Positions 50,747 to 63,401 of a stretch of 64,000 nt of DNA are shown here, piece after piece. The stretch lies in NCBI GenBank assembly GCA_000934665.2, contig JYFJ02001604.1:1-64000 (forward strand), given 5' to 3'. The notes beneath the pieces were generated by a model, which was not told the DNA's origin, made no database searches, and saw only the letters and a program-made list of their open reading frames with translations. The translations under genes were made by a program, and so were the position numbers. Every line of letters starts with the position of its first letter. The first letter of the stretch is position 1. The DNA comes from Catajapyx aquilonaris (taxonomy: Eukaryota).

Positions 50747-52458
50747 TATATCGGGGGCGTGTTTATTCACAATATGCACGGTGTTTGTGGCATTAGGCCA
50801 CCATATACCACGTTTGTCCTAAACAAGCCTAAAATACAGGAGTGAGAAAAGTAAGGGACCAAACGGTAACTAAATACAGGACAAGGTTGCTCAGCGAACA
50901 AAAAAGACAGTATACGGTCTCGAGCCAAACCAGCTCAATCATAATTATCTGAAGTTAACGTTGTGATCCTATCTCGTAGGTGTTGAAGATGACCACACAC
51001 ATTGTTCTTGATGATTCACATAAAAAGTCGCCTCATCCATGAAACATTTGTTCAGCCCTCCAGTGTGCGAAGTCTTGAACGAGAAGTTTCCCTATGCTTA
51101 TCCCTGAAAGTTTCAGAAAAATGGTGGTAAAATGGTGGTATTCCACCCCCCCCCCTAATGGAGTGCCGATTCTCCCAATGGGGTAAAAGAATATTTAAAA
51201 ACTTTGTCCATGAGCACAACCCAAAGTGGAGCTATAACAATAACTGCAGTAGGCCTAATTATATGTTTGGCATTTATTTTCATTCTCGTCAACCAGATGG
51301 ACATTCACGCAGAGATGCAGATGATAGAGAATGGTAGATATACATTACAAAAGCCAAAAGTCGCATCAAAGATAACCTATTACACAGTTAAGCTGTCGGG
51401 TGGAAATAAACGAAGGCAACTAAGGTTGTATGGTTGTCTCACTTATTGACAATAGCAAAAGAATATAATCACTTACAAGTCAGGCAAAAGTACACATCAG
51501 CCATGTATATCGTCATATGCTGCTACTTTTTATGTTTGGCACCTTAATGGAGGGTCTTTTTCTCTCTGAATTTGTCTCCTAACCCTATAGTGGTGGGGGA
51601 CTGTATTTCTCTTGGGCAACTTTTAGACATCATAGGCATGTGATATTAAAGAATGACGGAAAAAGGACCCGTCAGACTGAATAAACCGGGCAAATAGTGA
51701 AAAAATCATGCTCCACCATGATGGAGCATCTTCACATCAGCCTGCCAGATGCCTCGCTAATAGAGCTACCTCTTCTAGTGGCTATATTGATACTTAATTA
51801 GGGGAGAGTGGGGAGGAATGGGACGCAGGAGGAATATAACAGTGGACTTTTTCCTCAGACCGTGAAACATAAAAGCTCTGTTTTCATGGTATGGCCGCAC
51901 TGAGTGGCCCTTTGTCCCATGCTGAGTACCTGTCCGCATAAAACCGGAAGCGAAAACACTAGTTTCCTACAATTCGGTCGAGGTTTCTGATCTTTAATCC
52001 ATGCAATCGCAGCTTCATTAGAAGGAATTCATTGGTGACATTATGACAGTGACCCCTAGTGTGCTTTCTGGAGTTTCTCACGTGTGTTTTCAAGGCGGAA
52101 CTACCTTTTTGAAATGTCGTGCGCAGGAGAAATAGAAACAAAATTTTCAAGAATAATGGTTTCACAGCTTATAAAACCTGGTCTTTATCCTTTTTCACAG
52201 GCAGGGGTGAGAATAAGCTGTACAATGTGCATCAATAGTAGTGGGGTATGCTGGTTGCTTGGTTTTGTTAGTTTTTAATCAGCGCTTCTTTATGACGCAT
52301 TATTGAGGTAATGCTGTCTTTGCTCTTCGGATGAAGAAGACAGGGAATTGGGGAGTGATGAACAGGCTGTCGATTTCATGCAGTGGCCAGCCCTTCGAGT
52401 TATGGAGAACGTCGAGTTATAGAAAATAATTCGAGTTAAGGAAGTTGATTTCCCATTA

Positions 52459-53039
52459 CAGTAAAACTTCTATAAGTCGAACTTCCCTAAGTCGAAGTTC
52501 TCTATAAGTCGAAGAAAATGATGAGTTTGGTTGGTCACAATGTAAAATAATAGGAAGTAAACTTCCCTAACTCGAATTTCTATAACTCGAAGTGCTGGCA
52601 GGGCCTTACGATGGGATATCAATGCATTTTAGTCTCCCTAAGTCCAAGTTCATGTTGGCGAGTACGAAATATTTTTTCATTTCCCATCCGAAGGGTCTAG
52701 AATAGGCCACATGTACAGAAAGGCTCAATTTCCTGATCTCCGTCTATCAGACGTACCGAAAGAAGTGTTGACTCGATTGTGACAATTGAATTCTCGAATC
52801 TAAGAATATAGGCAAATGTCCATAACAGAGATCATTTTACAACAAAACAAGGAGGAACATTGCAAGTGTGATAGTGACAGTTATTTCTAAGTTTTGAACA
52901 CCTTTTGTCGCTGGATATAAAGATAGGCTCCCTTATAGAGTTATGTGCTTTAAAAATTGCAAACTTCTCTAACTCAAATCTTCTATAACCCGAAGTTTTT
53001 CCCGACCCCATGGAGATTCGACTTATAGAAGTTTTAGTG
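52459..53039. mobile_element. Tigger/pogo-like MITE, copy 2
   Basis: TA|CAGTAAAACTTCTATAAGTCGAA ... TTCGACTTATAGAAGTTTTAGTG|TA; reverse complement of 153-722. Confidence 0.85.
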
Positions 53040-53870
53040 TATTTGTAGCATTCGCAGTAAAAATCGACGCTGGGATCTGAGGAGGTTATACAGGGGGGTC
53101 CGGTACATAATACCTAAATCCATAATCCCGACATCCCAAAATACCGACTCCGCCGAAATACCAAATCTGAAAAATAACGACACCGCGGAAATAACTCGAA
53201 CCTACTCCAAACAATACTTACACCATCGAAATACCTATAATAAAAAATTCAGTTTCCCCTTCTGCGACCATACCCATACTTTAAAAAAGAACACAAATTT
53301 CATTATCATTTATATTATACTTATACAGTATGAAACACTTACAGTACTAACCTGATATCATGTAAGAATGAATAAACCAGAATACACGTCCTCTTTCTTT
53401 CATGCCCTAGGTTTGACTGATAACACTCCTGGCTCATTTTTCTATCTCACAAAATAGCTTAAATGTTTTGAAATAACATGTGATTCCATGGCATGAAGGG
53501 ATATCATGAACCCACAGAAATTTTCAGAGTCAACGTTTGTTCTGGACCTTGATATTAATCCTATTGCATATTGCATAGGTCATTCTTCTGGCTCCCGAAC
53601 TCCTGGGAATAATATTCACTCTCCTGGCATTTTCTGTGCCAGGAGTTAGAGAGACTCGAGGGAGAGAGTCGTCAATGTCTGATGTCACGGTCAACTCCGA
53701 TTGGCTACTCCTATAGGCATGTATCCTACTTGCACAATGTGGTAACATGCAAATAGAACGTTACACTGTTGCGCGCAGTTAAAATTTTAACAAAATTATC
53801 GTTCTTGATCAAGATGCGACTCAAAAAATTGTCATTCATCAACTAGTGTCTGAAAAATTAATATTAAAAA

Positions 53871-54123
53871 GGGCGACACGGTGGCCGAGTGGTTAGCGCC
53901 GCAGCCTTCCACCTCTAAGGTCCCGAGTTCGATCCCCGGGTCGGACGGAGGATACTTATGTGGATAGAGTTTCGATGGGTTCTCTCCGTGTTCGCGTGGG
54001 TTTTCTCGGGGTTCTCCCGTTTCCTCCCACTATCAAAATCCATCACATTACAGGCAAATGATTAAAGTCTGTCTATTAAAAGATGATCCCCTAAGAGGCC
54101 CAAGGGGCCTATCACGGGGTATC

Positions 54124-54187
<64 letters not shown>
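53871..54187 (+). mobile_element. tRNA-derived SINE with (ATT)n tail
   Basis: GTGGCCGAGTGG A-box, GAGTTCGATCCC B-box, ATTAAAA TSD-like flanks; same family on the minus strand at 61551-61800. Confidence 0.9.
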
Positions 54188-54189
<2 letters not shown>

Positions 54190-54335
54190 AATTCCGGCAG
54201 CTTTTTAGTGCCTACTGTGGTCATTTCAAGTGCAACAATATTTCAAATTCTCGACTTTTGAGCCCAGGTTTTCACTACTTTGGGGACAGATTTTTAAAAA
54301 CTGAGTTTCACTCTTTGATAATATAATATTATGAA

Positions 54336-54638
54336 CCGAAGCAGTTTGGTGGAGTGGCTATAGGGTCCGACTGCTAATCGGAATAAGGTCCTGGGTTCGA
54401 GCCCCGGGGCCGGCAACTCTAACCGTGGTTTTCTGTGGTTTCCCACGGTCCCTCCAGGAGAATTCCGGAGTTGTTTTCTAAATTAATAGGCCACAGCCGC
54501 CTCCTTCCTTCCATATCCTCTCCCAAAAAGCAAAGTAAGAATGTACGCAAGAGTTCCAGACAAAACAAAAATCCCCCCTAAAGAGCCAAAAATGGCTGAT
54601 AACGGGGTATATTATATTATATTATTATATTATATTAT
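54336..54638 (+). mobile_element. tRNA-derived SINE
   Basis: GGTGGAGTGG A-box, GGTTCGAGCCC B-box, AT-rich tail. Confidence 0.85.
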
Positions 54639-55663
54639 GATGAACAACCTCCAATAAAAATAATTTCGGTTAACTGCAAAATCAATCCCGGAAGGTTTCC
54701 CCCATTTTAGAATATGAGAGTTAGTTCCCCTGATTTGTGACCTCATATCGAGTAAGTGAGAATTTTTCCAGATTTTTAAAACAAGTTTTGAAATTCATTA
54801 ATATTTGCTTTGAAAATAGTAAGTTTTTGGAGAATCACCCATAATTATATAAAGCCCCAATCCGAGGATATAGGAGGATGGAAAGATTTCGCACTTCCCG
54901 GCGCGGCGTCGCAGAGACCTCGGACTTACACCGTTGGATTCCTTGCCCCCGGGTTATTGTTTCCAAAAATCCTCATAATCGCGGATTTCCCAGCCGTCTT
55001 TGAGATAAAAAAAATAAAGTGCATCCGAAAATACTCCCGGATAGTTGCCCCAGGCGGCCTATAGACGAGCGCTGCGATCGCCTCCACCACCTACAACCTT
55101 ACACTGCCCCCGGCCCCTCGAATCTTCCTCTCCTACTCAACGCTGCCTCTACGTCATCTGTTATTGCATCATGATGCCCTTTTCAAGATACGTCAGCTAG
55201 GGCGCATTCTGATACTCCACACCTTTAGTGGTGACGTCACGGGTGTTCTGTAAACGGGTGCCACCTCGCTCCGACCAATTAAAAGACTTGCTGTGTTCGC
55301 GTCGGAGAGTGGGGGAAGTGTGCGGCGGCCGACTGCACTTGCACCGCCGGGCCTCGGAGAGTTACGGAGACAGAGGAGGACCTGCGCGGGACAGGACCGC
55401 CCCACGGGGGGTGTGGGGGGGGGGGGCGAAGCCCCCAGCCTCGCAAAGCGAGTAGATGATAAAGCGCTTTGTATTTCAGAGCTTATTCCAATAATGAAGT
55501 TATAAAGATGCAAGTGACGTGGACAACTAGCCATAGTTCAATGATGGTCTCCCAGGTGGAGTTGTGGCCATAAATACTTTTGCGCAATATTAACTGTGCA
55601 GAACAATATGCCTCAAGCCACTTTATTCGTAATACTGTATTTGACCTTACATTGCACATACCG

Positions 55664-55819
55664 TACTATCGGGTTCAAATACTTTTGGTCACTTTATCCT
55701 GGTCTTGAAGCAACCCTTCGCTCAAACCCCACGAGGTGTTGGTGTGTGTGTGTGTGTGTGTGTGAAGGGTTGCTTCAAGACCAGGATGAAGTGGCCTAAA
55801 GTATTTGAACCCGATAGTA
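55664..55819. repeat. Palindromic MITE-like hairpin with (GT)n in the loop
   Basis: TACTATCGGGTTCAAATACTTT..CCTGGTCTTGAAGCAACCCTTC is inverted at ~55764-55819. Confidence 0.7.
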
Positions 55820-57094
55820 TATGCACCTAATATGCAGATAGAAGTTCGTCACGTTGAGAGAGAACTGACTATAACTTGAAGTGACAGCAATAAAGTTGCA
55901 AGGTAAAGTCGCGTCGCCCAATAACCAGGCAAAATGATGGCTCCTGAGTCCAGCCGGTCCCTTAAATACGGGGGAAAATATGAAGTGCCGAGTGAGTGTC
56001 ATGTAGGAGTCATCTAATGGCTGCATTTCAACTCGGAATGACTCGCGGGGACAGCTTCTGTCAGGACTGGGGAGAAGCACGTTCCTTAGGCTCCACTTGT
56101 GAGTCTGAAGGGGTGACGGGGGACGACCTACGAGTTGTAGGAGGATTAAGAGCTGCTTTTCCTTCCTCCCACACCGCCTGCCTTCCACAGCCTTCCCACC
56201 CTCCTCGTCGCAATCGCCACCTTTCAGGTGCAAACCGCGATTGGGAAATTGGATTAGAGTTGCTAATGGCTGCCGGGCGAATCGAGTTGGAGCCGCGGTT
56301 TCGGTCTCACTCGATTTGTTTTCCAATCCACCAAAGGGTGGGAGTAGCGAGGAAGTAGGGAAAGGGGGGGGGGGGATAAGCCGCGGCAGGAAAAAAAAGT
56401 TGTAGGATGAGTTAACAACAAAGAAAGGCCGAGAAAAATCTTTTTCTTTTCGAGTTTGGAGCATTCTTCAGCGGGTTCTTCAATAGCGCGAGTTTTCTGC
56501 AGTTAAGAGTTGGGAGGCTCATTAGCTGGTATTAGGTACCCGTGCCGTGCAGGTCCTTATTTTTCAATCGGCTCAGCTGATTGGACCTGGTCGATTTGGG
56601 ATCTGTGGAAGGTGCTTTTCACGGTGTATTAAAGGCGTGGCGGAAAAATTTCTTGCTCTTGTTAGAAACTGCGGAAATGGGATTTGAATATATGCTCGTT
56701 GCAAACTACGCTCAATATGTCAATTTTTCTACTTTTTATCTTTCACATATTTCTGCTGGAAAACTAATACAGTAGGCCTCTAGATCGTCCAAGCATACTG
56801 TAGAAGCCAAAATCCATGCACATCTTTATCTGAATTTCACCCTCCTACGACAAACCAAACCTAATACGAATACAAGACGCTCGTCAAGACGCGCTGAATA
56901 GTCGCACCATGCTTTAGAAGCAAGGTACATTGCGCATTTGTCGTGTGCCCGTCCGGCTGTATGGGGGACGCTACTTGGAGCCAGGCCTAGTGACCACACC
57001 AGCCCAGCCCTTATCCCCTTTGGCCCCAGTCACCCCAAAGGAGACGCACAGCTTCTATCAAAACTGTCTTTAATGATCAACACACACTTACAAT

Positions 57095-57384
57095 CAAAGT
57101 AACTCTTCTTACTCTCCTGAATTTTGAAAATTTTTGGATTTTCTAATTCTGCTTGGCCTATACTCCTACAGTGTTGAGAAAACATCACCTCCGCTGCTAA
57201 TTCCCACGTTAGCAAGGTGAAAATACAGCCAAAATGCGATGTTCCGAAGTCACAACACCTGCATCTGGTCGCGAGTCGCCGGTCCCGGCTGCCCGGTCGC
57301 GGTCGCCTTTCACCGCGTCTGTAGCGCTCTCCGGTTCGCGGCACCGGATTTTCAAAATTCAGGAGAGTAAGAAGAGTTACTTTG
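57095..57384. mobile_element. MITE with ~37-bp TIR
   Basis: CAAAGTAACTCTTCTTACTCTCCTGAATTTTGAAAAT is inverted at 57348-57384. Confidence 0.65.
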
Positions 57385-57915
57385 GTTTTCAGTTACAGCA
57401 CACTCTACTCACATACGAGGCGCGCCCAAGGGCCCCCACAAACACACTCCATGGGCGGAGGCCACTTTCGCACAACCTCACTCTGGTTTGCCGTAGATCA
57501 GTCTGTCCTTTGTCTCTCACTCCATCCCAACCATCACCTACTTCCAACTGTCACCACCAGATGGTCATCCTTACCAGGCCCACTACTACTGCCCTCTGTG
57601 GCGCCAGGTTCAAGCACAAGGCAATGCCACAGTGCTCCCATCATTAAGAAAAAGGCGGGGTCGTACCGTACCAACAAACGTTGTCCGAATAAATCGCAAC
57701 GGTATTGCGTAATTAGACTGAAGCTTGGAATGACGTGTTATGGCATAGTCATGTATAGCTGGGATATTTTTCTGCAAATTCCGAGATGGTCTAACAACAT
57801 TTCGGTCTACTTGATTCGGAATTACCCATTTACAGTATTTCGAGGAATTAGGTATTTTGACTTCCACTGCCCCAAGGTCAAAAACAAATCCCAGACAAAA
57901 TGACTGCTCAATATA

Positions 57916-58351
57916 CAGGGTGTTCATAAAAAACACCGACACTTTTATATCACCCCCGACCTAGAGACTAGACGATCACATTATGTAGAGGAGTGATTAT
58001 TCCTGGGCCGCGTCATTACCGCGCAAATTGCCTTCAAACCGGTAGTATAAAATATCCTGGAAGTTAGGCCACCCAACGAACCCTTCCCCAGTCACAAGGG
58101 TCTGGAAGGTCTGGGGGCCGGACTTTGTTGGTTTGTTGCCCACAGGTGGTAAGGCTTCTATGGCTAGTTACACCTGTAAATTCTATTTAAAAGTCAGAAG
58201 GAGCGATTAGGCAAAAATCGCTAATCAGCAACGAGTCAATTATCTCAGTAATGAGGCGGTGTAGACATAATGACTCCTCTTCATAGAATGACCCTCACGT
58301 TACCATTGGCCACTGGTTATCAGTTTGTCGGTGTTTTTCATGAACACCCTG
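57916..58351. mobile_element. Tc1/mariner-type MITE
   Basis: TA|CAGGGTGTTCATAAAAAACACCGACA ... TGTCGGTGTTTTTCATGAACACCCTG|TA. Confidence 0.85.
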
Positions 58352-58373
58352 TATTATGAGTTATCAGCTTGAA

Positions 58374-58652
58374 GGGAGGCATGGTGGTCTGGTGGTTACG
58401 CCACTGGCCAGCGAAGCGGGAGGCCGGGGTACAAATCCCGTCCGCGTCCCCGTCACCTCTGCTTGGCCGGGTCTTTTTCCGCTTTTCACCCGACATGTCG
58501 GGGCAGAATTGCACTCCCTACTCTGCCCAGGGCCAGGAGAAAAAGCCTGATGTATTTCAGAAAGTCAGAAATGAATATAATTACAGCGCCCTCCCTTGGG
58601 AACCTCCCTTCCCCCCTAAAAGGGCTCCGCCCTATCACGGGGCATTTTTTTC
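58374..58652 (+). mobile_element. tRNA-derived SINE
   Basis: TGGTGGTCTGGTGG A-box-like, GGTACAAATCCC B-box-like; 3' tail CCCCCTAAAAGGGC..CCTATCACGGGG shared with other SINEs. Confidence 0.7.
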
Positions 58653-58695
58653 AATGAGTTATCAACTTGACCTAAGGAACATGGAAATAGGATGA

Positions 58696-58957
58696 ACTAG
58701 CTGCGGTACCCGGCGTTGCCCGGGAAGAAATGAATGAAATGAAAACACCTACCTGTAGCTCCGTCAAAATTTCCACGCACAGAGAGCCGCCATGACACTT
58801 TTAAGAAGGCCGGGTCCGGGTCGGAAGGACTGGAGAGGTTGGAGGTGTAGGAAGCGGACCACAGATGGCAGGCAAATGACGTTTGGCGTTACAGGCGGAC
58901 AGACAGACAGACAGGCAGGCAGGCAGGCAGTTCACAAACGGCTTTATTTACATAGAT
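58696..58957 (+). mobile_element. Non-autonomous Helitron/HINE-like element
   Basis: 5' ACTAGCTGCGGTACCCGGCGTTGCCCGGG, (CAGA)n(CAGG)n microsatellite, 3' GCTTTATTTACATAGAT; this is the architecture of insect DINE-1/Lep1-like elements. Confidence 0.7.
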
Positions 58958-61550
58958 TTCGATGGACAAAAATCGTGTTACATAGTGTAATATGTGTTCT
59001 CGCAAAAATTGCGAAATTTGAAGGCTCTGCGGGGAATGAATATGAAGTCCGAAAATTATTATAAAAAATTCACCAGTGTTGTACTAGTCCATACACAACC
59101 TTTGACGCCCCGGGTGATTTAATTGGACAACTTTCATTTTTTTCGCTCCACCATAGGCCCTACTCTACAATTCTACATGCTACACATGATTGCCCATCTT
59201 CCGCAAAGAACCCTGTGGCTTATTTTGGTTTAATTCCTTATGTACATGTAAACATGCTGCCGTTTGTAAAGCCAGGGAACTGTGCTTTGATTACCATAAT
59301 GAATGAAAAAAACTTTGTTCCTTGCACCCGAGGAAATATTATCCATGTGAACTTGATACATCTGCAGACGTAGGGCAGGGCAAGACAAGGGCCAAAGGCA
59401 AAGTGAGTCTGCTAAGTAAGCCGTTGTTTCTTGTTTCTGTCTTCAAAGAACTTGAGGTGAATACCTCTACTTTGTCTCCGGGATTAGAATCTCAAATTCC
59501 TCCGCCCTTCCTTGTAAGGTACACTGAATTCCCACCCCCTGGCCCCAGATCTTCCTGCCACCTTTTGCAGTGTTCCCTGAAGACACACGCACATTCCATG
59601 AAAAGCAGAATTCGGCAAGAAAAATAATTATTTTGTCTAAAAATATTCTAAATAAATTTCCATGCGATTTGAAAAAACTATATGAGTTGCCAAAAATGAA
59701 AGCTTCCGGAGACTAAAATCCAGGATGAGTCAGTCAGCGTTGGTTTGGAGGAGATAGAGGGATGGGGTGGTGTCCGGCAAAATCCGGAATTGCGAAAATA
59801 GAGTAGAGTGGACGTGGGTTGGTCCCCAAAGTGCTGCAATTAGCGCCAAAGTCTAAGCTCATTAGGAGCTCTCCTCCACTTGGGATTTACTAAGATAAAC
59901 GCCCTCATTAGCTTCGCTTTTCCGACCAACGCCTCGCCTGCCGCGGAATTTAGTTCGTCACACTCGACACTACGTGCCTGAATTTAGGTGAGCCATACCA
60001 CATAAACACAATCTTGTATTGTTCGACGGCTAACCCTTGAAATCAAGATATGGCAAAAAAAACTTTGGTAACTTAAGAAGTCTATTTAGTGCTGAATTTA
60101 ACATAGTGACTTTTATCATATGCAACTTCACATCTTGCTGTGGATCGCAATAGGAGGACATAATGGGGAAGCTCTGTCGATTGTTGGCACTTTTCGATTA
60201 TCGTACTGCACGACATACTACGCATGTGCCCTCGGGGATGGAACTGCACGCGCATGCGCATCCGGCGCGGCGGGATGGATTCGAACACGCATAAGTTCGA
60301 CTTTGACGCACAAGTCGTAGTTTCAAGTCGATATGAGTTCTGACCTTTATTGTACACAACATGCAGGGGAACGCATCGCCTAAACACAACTTGTTAACCA
60401 TTCACATTTGGCTTCTTACATAATTAATAACCTGTGAAACACTCATTATTGATACAGCGATAATTATATACGACAAGAGTCAGTTCGTAAAGCACATTGG
60501 TATCATCGCATCGTGAGTTAAAGTTACGGACTGAAAACTTCCATTGATGTCATTTTTAACACTCTGATGATATGAAACCTCAATCACCACATCACAGCCA
60601 AAAGCTCATTATCTGACAAAGAACTTTTTCCCCAAATAAATCCCTTCATTTCAAGCATGTGGTGTGTGTTTCCGGTATCAATGGGATTCAGTTAAAACTT
60701 GAACAAAAGAGTCGGAGAATTTGGAAAAGACTGCATGAGTGTATATATTTTTCAATCAAATAGAAAGTTCAAAGAACTTCCTTACAACATTTGAATATTT
60801 CGCCGCATTTCTTTTCCCCCGTCGAATTGTCTTTTGTGGCCTGGGAAAAGCACGACGTGAATGCCAATTCTCTTGGCACCGAATTAAGTTTCCTCTAGCG
60901 TAGAAACGGAGAGTAAAAAGGAGGTGCGGGGAGAGGGGGGAGGCAAAGGAAGACCTTTTTCGGGGGATTTCAAATTCCAAATCGGCCAACGGGAAGTTTC
61001 AATCAGCTGCCTCTCCCTCCCCGATGTCTATTTGCCCACATCTCAAAGGGACGACATGAGTCTTCCACTTTCCTTAAATCTCTTCCTCGTTCCAAACCTC
61101 CTAAATAATTATTTTTTACGACTTAAAAGGAGACCTAGTTTTAATCATTGTAATGCTCACTTCACTTTTCCTGGAGAAATCTCTCTCCAGATAAACACTG
61201 GGGCGGAAACAATCCCAAGTTTAAAAAATGTCATGCATATTATTTTTCGCTTCATCGCACTTAAAAGGAACAATTCGTCGCTAATGGAAGCGACGTCTTC
61301 ATTTTGATAATTAGTGTCTTTTGTTGTTTAAATGACCTGCACGCTAATTACGGCGATGGAAGAAAAGTTTCGTTATGTTTACCAACTTGCCTTTTTATAT
61401 AAGTGGATGGCAAGGCCGGGCAATTACTGAAAAAACTTACTTTGCACTTTTACATGCATAATACATTGCTCCTCTTTATAAAATTGACTGCAAAGCACAT
61501 TTTGGAACCGTAATATTGGGATAATAATACGTACTAGCCAAATGCATTGT

Positions 61551-61800
61551 AATAATAATGGATCCCCCGTGCTAGGCCTCCTTGGGCCTCTTAGGGGATC
61601 ATCTTTTAATTAACTGTCTTTAATCATTGCCTTTGCTGTGATGGATTTTGATTGCGGGAGGAAATGGGAGATCCACGAGAAAACCCACGCTAACACAGAG
61701 AACCCATGGAAACTCTACCCACATAAGTATCCTCTATCCTATGCGGGGATCGAACTCGGGACCTCAGAGGTGGAAGGCTGCGGCGCTAACCACTCCACCA
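61551..61800 (-). mobile_element. tRNA-derived SINE (same family as 53871)
   Basis: Reverse complement of 53871-54130, including A/B boxes and tail. Confidence 0.85.
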
Positions 61801-63244
61801 CCCATTAGCCAAATGCATTTTGTAACATACACAGACCTACAGAGCTGTTCACTTTCTGTATTATTCAGGTTAGTTCACAGCTTAAATTTGTAATCCAAAC
61901 CTCCTCAGCAATGTCATAAGCTGTAAATAAGATGAGCTGTCGTGAATTGCCCAGTGTGAGAGCGACACATTGTCCATGGACGTCCCTTTCAAGCACGCGT
62001 CCATGGCGTAGCTGAAAATAATGGTCGCCAAAACCACAGTTCACTAAAAATGGCCACGTTTAAGACATTGCACTACACCTTGCACATCTCCTCATGTCAT
62101 CCTGCCCGTGGGCCCGGGCGATTCGCTCAAGATTCCAGCATTGTACTGCATTGTACTTCAAGTATAATAAAGGTCCGTGCCGCATACCCTATATAGGGTC
62201 AGGCACTACCCAAGGATTATTATAATATTATTATTATTAATGGTCTCCAAAAGAGGCATGGAACAAAGAGCTTATACTAGGAAGAGTGGAAAAAACGGTT
62301 TCCAAGCGTCGCCACTTTTTGGCCAGTTGTTTGGCCAACGTGTTTTGCTGTTGGCTCACTACGCGGCGCCACGGTCGAGTGCTGTCGAGATGAATTTCAA
62401 TAAACTGTGTTGATTTAATATCAAGAGGCACATAATTAAGAGTTATAAATCTAAAAACTGACCAATATGAGGTCGTATGGGGTTAAGGAACTAATTTTGG
62501 ACCCGAAACTGATATTCTGCGCAGCTGGCCACCCTGCACCTAACAATACAAATAATCACCTCGTTGCTTAGAAATCACGTTCGAATTTCGAAATTGGACA
62601 AGTTCCTTTGCCGGCATAGTGTGGCGTAGACGTTCGGGTGCCGCGTGCTACTACTGATGTTCGCGCACAGGGTCTCGGATCACATTCTTTTCGTTACCAA
62701 AGGGCCCTCCACGGTTCTCGAGTTCACGGGAAGAAGAACAAGCCCGTCCCGCCAGGACAAGATGGACATAGCAGCGGGGGGTATATCTTCCTGTCATGTG
62801 ACCATCACCATGTTCAGTAGGCCTATCATTATCAGTGTGTACCTTGGTGTGTATTGTATAGAGCAGAGTGTGGGATTGTACTGGCAATCAATAAACTTCT
62901 GGCAAATAATGTTTGCTTTTCATGGTGGTTTTTTTATTCACAGGTCTTCTGCAACGTGTTTTGTCGGCAATTTGACGGGAGTATACTAGTACTTATGACT
63001 TATTTCCAACCTCTGGGCATTTTATTGCCATATTTCCGGCACTGCCACGATCTACCGTATTGTACAATACAGTATCGAGTTTGGCTGTCGACTCGCCAGG
63101 TGGCAGGTCAGTCGATTGGAGACACGGTTGCTATGCTACCAGTTGTTTTTTCCACTCTTCCTAGTATTAAACTCTTTGGCATGGAATGTATGTTTGTTTT
63201 TCTTCTACACTACCTTCTTAGTGGAAGCGGTTCAACTAATATTA

Positions 63245-63401
63245 CCCTGTAATGCCCCTTGGGTCATATCTGGCACACCATTTAGTGCGATTTGGCACTT
63301 ACAGGAAATATAAAAATTGCAAAAGTTGCACAAATTGCACTAAATGGTGTGCCAGATATATGACCCGGTGGGCATTACTTAGATTAGTGGGCATTACAGG
63401 G
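63245..63401. mobile_element. piggyBac-like MITE
   Basis: CCCTGTAATGCCC ... GGGCATTACAGGG|TTAA; internal inverted repeat ATATCTGGCACACCATTTAGTGC. Confidence 0.65.

Larger units (their letters stand above)
53424..54840 (+). mobile_element. Family C partial copy carrying two SINE insertions
   Basis: Homologous to 29692-29885 and 30655-31145; ends in GGAGAATCACCC. Confidence 0.8.

Noticed and set aside
53871..53945. tRNA genes at the SINE heads (also 27552, 33371, 54336, 58374, 61730)
   Set aside because: A/B boxes are followed by SINE bodies and AT-rich tails and occur as dispersed copies.
55796..56464. 222-aa minus-strand ORF and other long GC-rich ORFs (44140, 46377, 46424)
   Set aside because: No recognisable domains or splice-consistent exons; explained by GC-rich repeat or LTR-internal sequence.
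60565..60582. Hammerhead-like CTGATGA-TAT-GAAAC (also CTGACGA at 23285 and 19245)
   Set aside because: No compatible stem I/III or NUH cleavage site could be formed.
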